Assembly: GCA_963676395.1 (NCBI GenBank)
Contig: OY781066.1
Coordinates: 608,001-672,000, forward strand
Direction of reading: 5' to 3'
Origin: a bacterium
GTDB taxonomy: Bacteria > Fidelibacterota > Fidelibacteria > Fidelibacterales > Fidelibacteraceae
Length of the DNA stretch: 64,000 nt
Shown here: in pieces, positions 49,261 to 57,654 of the stretch
Layout of the letters: the number at the start of each line of letters is the position of its first letter
How positions within the stretch are numbered: position 1 is the stretch's first letter
The notes under the pieces: generated by a model
The model's database searches: none
What the model was told of the DNA's origin: nothing
What the model saw: only the letters and a program-made list of their open reading frames with translations
Translations under genes and position numbers: made by a program

Positions 49261-49336
49261 AGGGTCTCTCAACTCCCTTTATGTTAAGCCTGATCGGTTA
49301 TTATAACCGGACTGCTCACGACCTTATTTTCAATTC
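49261..49336 (-). ncRNA. Candidate structured 5' leader RNA (copy A)
   Basis: Starts just after a sigma70 promoter; ATTGAAA, CGGTTA-taa-TAACCG hairpin, AGGG-AGTTGAGAGA-CCCT hairpin; homologous to 53801..53876. Confidence 0.45.
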
Positions 49337-49342
49337 TATACA

Positions 49343-49371
49343 ATAATAGCCAAGATCTTCTAATGATGCAA
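49343..49371 (-). promoter_or_regulatory. Sigma70 promoter TTGCAT-N17-TATTAT for the tip-chaperone-shaft-anchor-barrel operon
   Basis: Exact 17 nt spacer; conserved counterpart at 53884..53912. Confidence 0.65.
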
Positions 49372-49839
49372 TATTTTTCTCTTAATTAAGAATTAATAAT
49401 TTCTTTACTAATTCTTAACTTTTCCAACACCATCTTGTACAACTACCTCAAACAGTATACTATATATAGATTCAACATCAAATTCTGCTGTTTCCGATTG
49501 ATATTCTATCACTTTTTCTTCATTGAAATCTTTCATTCACTCTGTCTTTTCGCATATTTTTTGAGACTTACCTCAGTGGCACATATTATATCTTGAATAC
49601 CCCACACCCTTTAGCCAAAAGCAATGCAATTGCTATATTACAACAACACACTAAGCTTAATTCTTTAGATATTGGAAGTTAAGTTCCTACTCAGAATTGG
49701 GTGTGACAGCAGGATAAGATGGATAGCTCCAAGAGCCCCACCTTGTCCATGCGCCATGTTTGATTTTTGATTGTCTCTCATGTCTTCAATCTCTCTCATC
49801 ATTCACACTAGTCTATGTCTTCATCATTCATTCTAATAT

Positions 49840-49896
49840 CATATTACACAGGTTGTTATAGGATTCCTAATTAATTATCTTTAATAAACACTTAAG
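49840..49896 (-). promoter_or_regulatory. Conserved regulated-promoter motif, copy 1
   Basis: CTTAAGTGTTTATT..ATAATTAATTAGGAA-N13-TGTGTAATATG; shared with 52566 and 54249. Confidence 0.65.
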
Positions 49897-50004
49897 AATA
49901 ATTCAAGGTAGATTTAAGGAATATTCAAGAAGAAAATTGCTAATCGGATTTCAATACTTATCATTCGAGATTCCCGCACTATCTCTCAATTCCTATCTTT
50001 ATAT

Positions 50005-50030
50005 AAAAAGCCTCGATTTCTCGAGGCTTT
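50005..50030 (-). terminator. Rho-independent terminator after shaft copy 2
   Basis: Minus strand AAAGCCTCGA-gaaa-TCGAGGCTTTTT. Confidence 0.8.
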
Positions 50031-50057
50031 CTCATTGTATTAAAGTTCTTAAGTTTA

Positions 50058-51737
50058 TTATTGGATTTTAGTTTTAAATTCAACGGTTGTTGAAGCGCCG
50101 GCATCCAAAGTAGGAAGTTGAAAAACAACGGTATTTTCTTCAAGTTGTGCTTCATCCTCATCCTCGGCATCTGTTTTTGCTACACCACCCAGTTTCATAG
50201 TACCTCTTTGATACCATGTATTTTCAGGAACATCATCATCAATTCTTAGATCTGTTGCAACACCTGTACCAACGTTTAAAATAGTAATGGTGTATGTCAG
50301 AACTGTACCTGGAGGTTGGTTACCTGTAGGCGATACGGCTTTTAAAAGGGATAGGATAGGAGCCGTAACAGTGATTGTTAATTCACCTTCGTCTGACTCA
50401 TCTTCATTTCCTTCTGAAGTGGCTGTAAGGGTCATAACAGAAACAACTTCATCAGGTGTACCTGCCGGAATCTGGCCTTTGGCAACAAGATATACAACTG
50501 CACCCTGAGCCATTGTAGCTGTTTGAGCATCTTCTAGTTCTTCTTCATCTTCATCGATCCGACCGTTTTCATTGGCGTCCAAATAGAATTCCCAATCTGG
50601 GATCAAATCACAGACCTCAGAAATATTCATTTTGTCGGGACCATTACCTTTATTGGTCACCGTAACTGCGTAATAAACATAATCTGAGGGGTCACCGACA
50701 GTTACCTGATCGGAACCTACTGCAACAAACCAGATCTGAGCTACTGTTAACGTAGCACCACTGGCATTAGCTGATACAGCGAGCTGATCTTCACCTAAAA
50801 TATTCTTCCAAAGCAATACGGCTGCATTGGCAATGACTGTATTTACAGGAACATTATCATTGATTACAATCTGGAAAGTTGCTGTTGCACTTGAGCCACT
50901 GCTGATTTCATCAAACATGAAATTGGCAACTGAAGGAACGCCTTCGATAAATTCAGCGTCATCATCACCTTTATCGTCTGATTGTGCTACCCCATTGATC
51001 TTAAGAGATCCGGCTACATATGACGTGTTTACAGCAATACCTGCCGCAAATACAACATCCTGAGCATCTGCCGAACCTGTATTGGTTACTGCCAATGTAT
51101 AAGTAACAACATCACCCGGTTGAGGATCATTGTTATCAGCAGTCATCGTAAAGGTATACTCTGAAGTTTTTACTCGTACGCCCATGTATGCGGCTGTTTT
51201 GATCTCATTATTAAAACGTGATTCCAAACCAAGTGTAATATTTGCTGATGAAGCATCTTCTCCCGAAATATTTTCAACAACGACGACAATGTTGTATGAC
51301 GTGTACATTGCCATATCAGGAGTTTCTCTGACTTCTTCTTCGCCTTCATCTACAACGCCATTTCCGTTGGCATCATGATATACGGTTGAAACAAATTCAT
51401 CTCCTGTAGGACTTTGAAGAGCATTGCTGATCTTATATGAATCAACACCGTTTCCCGTATTAACGATCGACATTGGAAATGATACTGTTCCGTATAAAAC
51501 CATATTCTGGAAAGCTTCCATCGGCGATAAATCCACACCGGCAACCTGTGATACGATCGTTGTTACTGTGTTTGAGGTTACGCTGGCCATGGCATTGCCA
51601 TTGGCATCACGGTAGTTACCTGTTGCAAAGTTGCTGATCTCTGTGCCTGCCGGTGTTGGTAGAGCAACCATTGCAAAGGCAACACTCGACAACATTATCG
51701 TTGCCAAAAGTGCGACTAATACATGTTTAAATTTCAT
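50058..51737 (-). CDS. DUF11-domain secreted protein, putative major pilin/shaft subunit (copy 2)
   Basis: Identical to 46232..47911 except four residues in the last 35 aa. Confidence 0.8.
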   Translation of the reverse strand: MKFKHVLVALLATIMLSSVAFAMVALPTPAGTEISNFATGNYRDANGNAMASVTSNTVTTIVSQVAGVDLSPMEAFQNMVLYGTVSFPMSIVNTGNGVDSYKISNALQSPTGDEFVSTVYHDANGNGVVDEGEEEVRETPDMAMYTSYNIVVVVENISGEDASSANITLGLESRFNNEIKTAAYMGVRVKTSEYTFTMTADNNDPQPGDVVTYTLAVTNTGSADAQDVVFAAGIAVNTSYVAGSLKINGVAQSDDKGDDDAEFIEGVPSVANFMFDEISSGSSATATFQIVINDNVPVNTVIANAAVLLWKNILGEDQLAVSANASGATLTVAQIWFVAVGSDQVTVGDPSDYVYYAVTVTNKGNGPDKMNISEVCDLIPDWEFYLDANENGRIDEDEEELEDAQTATMAQGAVVYLVAKGQIPAGTPDEVVSVMTLTATSEGNEDESDEGELTITVTAPILSLLKAVSPTGNQPPGTVLTYTITILNVGTGVATDLRIDDDVPENTWYQRGTMKLGGVAKTDAEDEDEAQLEENTVVFQLPTLDAGASTTVEFKTKIQ

Positions 51738-51755
51738 CTGTCTCTCCTTAAAATA

Positions 51756-52244
51756 TTATTTTACTGTTACTTCAAATTCGAGCTGCTTACTTTCTTTCGG
51801 TGTAAGCGATTTCTTCAATTCCCATTGTACGTGTGTAACCATATCGGGGGAAGCGGCTTTTTTAACCATTTTACCATTTTTGTCTTTTATCTCATACTTA
51901 GGAGGCCATGCCTGATAAGTTCTGCCACCATCAATAGAAAAACTTACATCTGCATGTTTACCTTTGGCCGAATTAGGTTTATACGATGTACCGGCTGGAA
52001 TAGGATCCGTGATCACTGGTTCTGTCATGGTTCCTGTTCCTATATTCTGTGCCCAAACCGTATATTTGATCACATCACCCGGTCGATAGGCAATTGCTTC
52101 TGTGCCCATTCTTTCTGCCTGACTCATGTTCATTTTCTTTTCTGCGATGCGCAGTTCAAGCTTTGGGCTACCTTGTGCAAATGCTGCAGTACCAAAAACT
52201 AAAGCTACCAACAGAACGAGGACTGTTAATTTACGTAGTTTCAT
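51756..52244 (-). CDS. Single DUF11-like domain secreted protein, putative chaperone (copy 2)
   Basis: Protein identical to 47930..48418. Confidence 0.78.
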   Translation of the reverse strand: MKLRKLTVLVLLVALVFGTAAFAQGSPKLELRIAEKKMNMSQAERMGTEAIAYRPGDVIKYTVWAQNIGTGTMTEPVITDPIPAGTSYKPNSAKGKHADVSFSIDGGRTYQAWPPKYEIKDKNGKMVKKAASPDMVTHVQWELKKSLTPKESKQLEFEVTVK

Positions 52245-52565
52245 TCTCTCTCCTTTTTATTTGACTACCAGTTTGTCTTCTTTATTAGACTCTTTTCAAC
52301 TTCAAACATATACTTTATTAAATAATAGCAAAAAAATTAAAAGCAAGCGCATAGACATGGTTACAAAACCATATCAAGAAAAATAAAGCTCTTAATTTTT
52401 CAGTTCTAGATTACTATTAAGATATATTGAATTCCCCTTTGAGGGAAACACTCTATCATATCTTATAGTAAAATCACAATCCCATGTTGTTGTTTGAATT
52501 TGATACATCTCTTCATTCTCTCTCCATTCACTCACTTCACATATCTTCGACTATCTCTCTATATG

Positions 52566-52622
52566 CATATTACACAGCAAGTTAAGTATTTCCTAATTAA
52601 TTATAATTAATAAACACTTAAG
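52566..52622 (-). promoter_or_regulatory. Conserved regulated-promoter motif, copy 2
   Basis: CTTAAGTGTTTATT..ATAATTAATTAGGAA-N13-TGTGTAATATG. Confidence 0.65.
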
Positions 52623-52685
52623 TTTAATTAAAGATCAGCTTACAAAATAATTAACATCATCATATCAATATCAGCTTAAAATTCA

Positions 52686-52890
52686 TCAATTGTACTTTAA
52701 CTCGATGCTAATAACTACCACACTGCTGTCGACGTCCATTTCGTTATTAACAGCAAAATCACTTCTATATTCCGGATAATTTTACTGATCCTTGCTTATA
52801 TATTATGTTCTCAGATATTTTATCTTCAATAATAACATCAGTTAAATTTCCATTTAGGGTCATGATAATAAATTGTGTATAGGATGACAT
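52686..52890 (-). pseudogene. Decayed third copy of the DUF11 shaft gene (C-terminal domain remnant)
   Basis: Own translation TDVIIEDKISENIIYKQGSVKLSGI* aligns with shaft TDLRIDDDVPENTWYQRGTMKLGGV; in-frame stops; sits downstream of the third chaperone paralog. Confidence 0.65.
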
Positions 52891-53080
52891 CTCAATATCT
52901 AATAACAGTTTTATAGTGTTGGGGGACTATTAGAGTGCTATTGGCATTACGAGAATTTCCGTCACAACATTAAGGCTCTCTGTAACCACAACAAAATCTG
53001 CAAAAAACTGTCATTAATACAGAAAGAATAAAAAGGAACATCCTTTAGATCTTTATTCTCTCATCATATTTATTCTTGAT

Positions 53081-53569
53081 TTATTTTACAATAACCTGGA
53101 ATTCCAGCTCCTTGCTTGCATTAGGAGCTAAAGATTTTTTCAATTCCCATTGAATATGTGTAATCATATCCGGTGAAGCCATCTTTTTAACGGTTTTTCC
53201 ATCTCTATCCTTAATTTCGTATTTTGGTGGCCAGGATTGGTATACTTTTCCACCATCAATAGAAAATACGATATCTGCAAAACTTCCTTTTGCACTGTGA
53301 GGCTTATAGGAAGTCCCCGTAGGAATAGGATCACTTATCACCGGCTCGGTCATCATGCCTTTTCCTACATTTTGGGCCAATACGGCATAGCGTATCATAT
53401 CACCGGGTTTGCAGGTAACTTTAACCTTACCCATTTTTTCTGCTTGAGTCATATTGATCTTGGTCTCAATAATAGTCAATTCCAACTTTGGTCTGTCCTG
53501 AGCAAAAGAAAACACAGAATAAAACAAAACCAAAACCATTATAAATGGTAATTTTTTGCCTGTCTTCAT
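53081..53569 (-). CDS. Single DUF11-like domain secreted protein, diverged third paralog of the putative chaperone
   Basis: 162 aa, colinear with 47930..48418 (EPVISDPIPTGTSYKP, FSIDGG, WPPKYEIKD, ASPDM.TH.QWELKKSL). Confidence 0.8.
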   Translation of the reverse strand: MKTGKKLPFIMVLVLFYSVFSFAQDRPKLELTIIETKINMTQAEKMGKVKVTCKPGDMIRYAVLAQNVGKGMMTEPVISDPIPTGTSYKPHSAKGSFADIVFSIDGGKVYQSWPPKYEIKDRDGKTVKKMASPDMITHIQWELKKSLAPNASKELEFQVIVK

Positions 53570-53650
53570 TCATCAACTCCGATCTTCATTCATTCTTGAT
53601 CATTTACATATGATCAACATACCATATTGCCGGAAATGTGCTTAGTCAAA

Positions 53651-53749
53651 TTACTTTTTAGAAAAAAGCGCCGTATAAACTGCCATAATCAGTGAACTGA
53701 CCACTGCTGAAGTAAAACTGCTAAATTTTTCTTTCATATCTTGGATCAT
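53651..53749 (-). CDS. Putative small hydrophobic peptide (32 aa)
   Basis: Own translation MIQDMKEKFSSFTSAVVSSLIMAVYTALFSKK; GAGGAG RBS; first ORF after leader B. Confidence 0.35.
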   Translation of the reverse strand: MIQDMKEKFSSFTSAVVSSLIMAVYTALFSKK

Positions 53750-53800
53750 CCTTCTCTCTCCTCTTTGATACGGACTTGTTATTCCAACATTACTAAGCAT

Positions 53801-53876
53801 TCCGGTCTCTCAATTCCTCTTGCCTAACATGTGGTCCGCTTTATCGAACCCGAAACATAGCCCGTTAGTTTCAATG
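53801..53876 (-). ncRNA. Candidate structured 5' leader RNA (copy B)
   Basis: ATTGAAA, nested CTAAC/GTTAG, ATGT/ACAT and GGTTCG/CGGACC pairings, then GG-AATTGAGAGA-CC. Confidence 0.45.
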
Positions 53877-53883
53877 TTAAACA

Positions 53884-53912
53884 AGTTTATAAAACAAATT
53901 AATATGATGCAA
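53884..53912 (-). promoter_or_regulatory. Sigma70 promoter TTGCAT-N17-TAAACT
   Basis: Exact 17 nt spacer; same context (GAGAAAA.T.TTGCATCAT) as 49343..49371. Confidence 0.6.
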
Positions 53913-54248
53913 GAATTTTCTCCTTTATCATATACAATTGCTTGCTAAGATTTGGGGGTACTTTATCATTCATAAACCGTTGACACGTGTTAATTCAAAT
54001 ATCTAACAGTTATGATGAAGATTTTTCGTTTACAAATTCCCTAATAATTCGGATCGACTTTTCAAGGATCTTATATGTTTGATCCTCGATTAACGTCAAT
54101 CAGGGGGATCGACAAGAGTATCAGGTGAACACCACCCGGTCTCGTAATCGAACTATTTGTCTGATTTGAACTATGTTCAGCTTTCAAAACGTCTCTCTTT
54201 CTCTCTTCACATCAGCCCGCTAAATGTCTTCATCACTTACCGTATTAA

Positions 54249-54306
54249 CATATTAGACAATCAGCCAAGAAATTCCTAATTAAGTTATACTCAATGTTTT
54301 GTTAAG
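54249..54306 (-). promoter_or_regulatory. Conserved regulated-promoter motif, copy 3
   Basis: CTTAAC...ATAACTTAATTAGGAA-N13-TGTCTAATATG. Confidence 0.6.
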
Positions 54307-54452
54307 AAATAATTAAGAGAACATTAAGCTTTTCAATACTTATTTTTACACAAAGCATATATTTTTCATGTTGAATTTCTATTTGGTATTATCAAAATTT
54401 AAACATAGCTTATGTAAAGTTAATTACTCAACAAAGCATTCTGGAGTCGTAT

Positions 54453-56756
54453 ATGATCAATGAAGATAGAATTCAGAAGATATTTGCAATGAACAAATTC
54501 ATTCTTGATATTATTGAAGAGCAAATTATTTATCTTGATAAAAACTTAAAAGTAAAATGGCTAAATAAAGCTGCCAGTGAAGCAACCGGGAAAAGTCAAG
54601 ACGAAATTAAAGGTCAGCTATGCTGTGAGTTGTTTAATCACCCAAAAATATTTTGTGAGAGTTGCCCCGTTAAACGATCAGCTAAAACAGGAGAGCTTTG
54701 CAAAGCAAGAATAAGCACTGCTGACAATAAGATATTCGACATACATGCTCATCCTCTAAAAAAAAATAAAAATGATATAAATGGTACCATCATGGTAGTC
54801 AAGGATATTACACAAAAAGAAAATGCTGTTTCGAGTGACATTTACACCAAGAATATTTATAAAGCGATCTTTGAAAATACCGGTAGTGCAACAGTATTGA
54901 TAAACAAAGATACAACAATTGATGTTGCCAATTCCCTCTTTGAAAAGCTATCAGGTTACGCAAAAAAAGATATTGAAGGTAAAATGTCTTGGACTGACTT
55001 TGTTGTACCCGAAGATCTAAAACGAATGAAAAAGCAGCATGATCTAAGACGTAACGATAATAGAAGAGCTCTTAATTCTTATGAATTCAGATTTATCGAC
55101 CGCAACCAAAACATTAAAGATATTCTATTAACTGTCGATATGATCCCTGAGACAAATAACAGCGTTGCATCACTTCTTGATATCACTGAAAAAAACACCT
55201 ATTTAAGAAATTTAATAAACAGAGAAAAAAATCTAAGCGCTCTACTTGAAAACCCCTCCGGTTATATTATATATAGAACACGCTTCAATATTGAAACCAA
55301 TAAGATAGACATTATAAACGTAAGCCCTTCAGCACATGATATCCTGGGATTAGATGGTAAAGAACTCATGACTTTTAGTGACTGGTTTAAACATATTGAT
55401 CATGAAGATATTGAGAGAATAAAAGAAGCTAGTGATAGAGGAATGAAGCCTCCCTTTATATTTGAGGAAACCGTGAGATATCACCATCCGGAAAAGGGAT
55501 TGATCTGGCTGGAAATTAGAGCTCGAGGAGTACCATATGATAACAACCCTCAATGTATTGAGTATGCAAATGGCATCATTCTGGATATCACGAAACAAAA
55601 ACTCTTTGAACAAGAATTAAATATAGCTAAAAACAAAGCCGAAGAAAGTGATCGTTTAAAGTCGGCCTTCTTGGCTAATATCAGTCATGAAATACGCACC
55701 CCTATGAATGGTATATTAGGCTTTATTGAGCTATTGAACAGCGAAGAACTAAGTGAAGATAGACAAAAGAATTATTTAAACATCGTTAATAAAAGCGGAC
55801 AAAGAATGCTTAATACTTTAAATGATCTTATTGATATTGCTAAGATAGAAGCTGGAGTAATGAAGGTTCATCATAATAATTTTAACTTCGTTGATGAATT
55901 GCACCATATTTATGATTTTTTCAAACCTGCAGTCCAGGAAAAAGGCTTAACATTTATACTGGATTTACCAAAAGTTTCCCAACATAAAATTATTAACAGT
56001 GATCAAAATAAATTTACTACAATCATTTCAAGCTTGATAAAAAATGCCATTAAATTTACCGACAAGGGTTCAATTTCTCTCGTTTGTGAAGTAAAGAATA
56101 ATGAGCTTACTATAGCAGTTAAAGATACCGGATCGGGTATTCCCGATTCGAGGCAAGATGCCATATTCAATCGCTTCGAACAAGGTGATATTAAAGATCA
56201 TCTGGCAAAACAAGGTTCCGGACTCGGTTTATCTATTGCAAAAGCATATACTGACATGATAGGAGCAAAACTTTGGTTCGAAACTACCCTAAATGAAGGA
56301 AGCACCTTTTTTCTTTCACTCCCTTTAAATAACAACAGCAAAAACGGAAGCATAGATATTATGACTAAATCGCAAGAAATAAACAAAGCTTTAAGCGACA
56401 GCATCATTCTGATCGTGGAAGATGATGAAGATTCACAATTTTTTCTTAAAATTATACTGGAAAACAGATGCAAAAAAATAATACTGGTTCAAAACGGTTT
56501 AGAAGCAGTCAAGGCTGTAAAAGAAAATAAAAACATAGACTTTATTCTAATGGATATTAAACTTCCTAAAATGGATGGTGTAACCGCCACTCATGAGATC
56601 AGGAAATTCAATAAAAATGTTTATATTATCGCACAAACGGCATATGCTTTTCACGGAGATAAGGACAAATTTATTAATGCCGGTTGTAACGAATATATTA
56701 CAAAACCGATCAATAAAGAAAAACTTCTGTCAATATTTAATAAATATCTATCTTAA
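54453..56756 (+). CDS. Cytoplasmic PAS-PAS-PAS hybrid histidine kinase with receiver domain
   Basis: Three PAS domains, FLANISHEIRTPMN, NAIKFT, DTGSGI, GSGLGL, ILIVEDD...ILMDIKLPKMDG...YITKP. Confidence 0.94.
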   Translation: MINEDRIQKIFAMNKFILDIIEEQIIYLDKNLKVKWLNKAASEATGKSQDEIKGQLCCELFNHPKIFCESCPVKRSAKTGELCKARISTADNKIFDIHAHPLKKNKNDINGTIMVVKDITQKENAVSSDIYTKNIYKAIFENTGSATVLINKDTTIDVANSLFEKLSGYAKKDIEGKMSWTDFVVPEDLKRMKKQHDLRRNDNRRALNSYEFRFIDRNQNIKDILLTVDMIPETNNSVASLLDITEKNTYLRNLINREKNLSALLENPSGYIIYRTRFNIETNKIDIINVSPSAHDILGLDGKELMTFSDWFKHIDHEDIERIKEASDRGMKPPFIFEETVRYHHPEKGLIWLEIRARGVPYDNNPQCIEYANGIILDITKQKLFEQELNIAKNKAEESDRLKSAFLANISHEIRTPMNGILGFIELLNSEELSEDRQKNYLNIVNKSGQRMLNTLNDLIDIAKIEAGVMKVHHNNFNFVDELHHIYDFFKPAVQEKGLTFILDLPKVSQHKIINSDQNKFTTIISSLIKNAIKFTDKGSISLVCEVKNNELTIAVKDTGSGIPDSRQDAIFNRFEQGDIKDHLAKQGSGLGLSIAKAYTDMIGAKLWFETTLNEGSTFFLSLPLNNNSKNGSIDIMTKSQEINKALSDSIILIVEDDEDSQFFLKIILENRCKKIILVQNGLEAVKAVKENKNIDFILMDIKLPKMDGVTATHEIRKFNKNVYIIAQTAYAFHGDKDKFINAGCNEYITKPINKEKLLSIFNKYLS

Positions 56757-56929
56757 CTATCAATGAGGATTTGCTTATGATAGAGGTTAAATTTCTGATA
56801 TAGTGGACTACGATGCATTTTAAACGATCTTTAAGTCATAACAATATTATCTCAAATATTTATCCTTGATATTTATTTTAATTAATATTATTCTGTTTTT
56901 AATAAAATTTTATTTTCTTTGGAGAAAAA

Positions 56930-57154
56930 TTGAACAAACCCAAAGCCCTAGCTCCAATTTCAATATCGGTATTTATAATTCTTTATTATATCGCCATTGC
57001 CTTTGCATTTATTCATTTAGATTTTATTCCGCTTTGGATAAAATTTACTGCTATATTTATCTCGTTTGCTATCAGCATATTAGTAATAAAAGTGCTTGTT
57101 GAAAGAATCAAAGAAATTCAAAACGGAGAAGAAGATGATCTTAGTCAATACTGA
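56930..57154 (+). CDS. Small two-TM membrane protein
   Basis: TTG start with GGAG RBS; two hydrophobic helices; ERIKEI..GEEDDLSQY tail; overlaps the YbjQ start. Confidence 0.7.
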   Translation: MNKPKALAPISISVFIILYYIAIAFAFIHLDFIPLWIKFTAIFISFAISILVIKVLVERIKEIQNGEEDDLSQY

Positions 57155-57446
57155 TTATATCAGCGGAAAAGAATTGGAAATGCTTGGAATCGTAAAAGGC
57201 AGTACGATTCAATCCAAACATATCGGCAAAGATATTACGCAAGGCTTAAAAACATTGGTTGGTGGAGAATTAACATCTTATAATGAAATGATGAATAATG
57301 CTCGTGCTTTAGCAACAAAACGTATGGTACAAGAAGCTGAAGAAAAAGGTGCGGATGCCATTGTAAATATACGTTATGCTTCCGCTACAGTTACTACCGG
57401 CGCTGCCGAAGTCATGGCTTACGGAACTGCGGTCAAAATCAAATGA
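57135..57446 (+). CDS. YbjQ/UPF0145 family protein
   Basis: LGIVKGS...LKTLVGGEL..Y...AR..A..RM..EAE.KGADAIVNIRY...EVMAYGTAV; start moved to MILVNT. Confidence 0.92.
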   Translation: MILVNTDYISGKELEMLGIVKGSTIQSKHIGKDITQGLKTLVGGELTSYNEMMNNARALATKRMVQEAEEKGADAIVNIRYASATVTTGAAEVMAYGTAVKIK

Positions 57447-57463
57447 TTATTCTTTAAAAATAC

Positions 57464-57488
57464 AAAAGGAGCTCTTATGAGCTCCTTT
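57464..57488. terminator. Bidirectional terminator
   Basis: AAAGGAGCTC-ttat-GAGCTCCTTT between convergent genes. Confidence 0.75.
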
Positions 57489-57654
57489 ATCTATTTATAT
57501 TCTTTGTTCTAACAAAGTCTACACTCTTCATTCCGTATACATATTATAACTTGCTATGTCCCAAAGTAATTTACCCATCTGATTAAAAGGGATGCTTTAC
57601 CAGTTATAAAAAACGAACAAACTACAAGTAACAATGATAGAATATTTCCCGATT

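Larger units (their letters stand above)
50054..52268. repeat. ~2.2 kb near-identical direct repeat, copy 2
   Basis: Matches 46228..48442; the differences I could see lie only in the lowest ~175 nt. Confidence 0.97.

Noticed and set aside
49261..49336. Assignment of the leaders to c-di-GMP-I or c-di-GMP-II riboswitches
   Set aside because: No GGCAAA/GCAAAGC core, kink-turn or GGGCAC pseudoknot seen; only the GAGACC ending is similar. Left unassigned pending cmscan
49665..49802. 45 aa minus-strand ORF (MMREIEDMRD...) and a 38 aa ORF near 52394-52510 after the conserved promoters
   Set aside because: The peptides are not similar to each other although the promoters are, so conservation appears to be at the nucleotide level
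46228..52268. Repeat as IS element, DGR template/variable pair or invertible shufflon
   Set aside because: No transposase, reverse transcriptase, recombinase or inverted repeats in the window; the substitutions are not adenine-specific on one template
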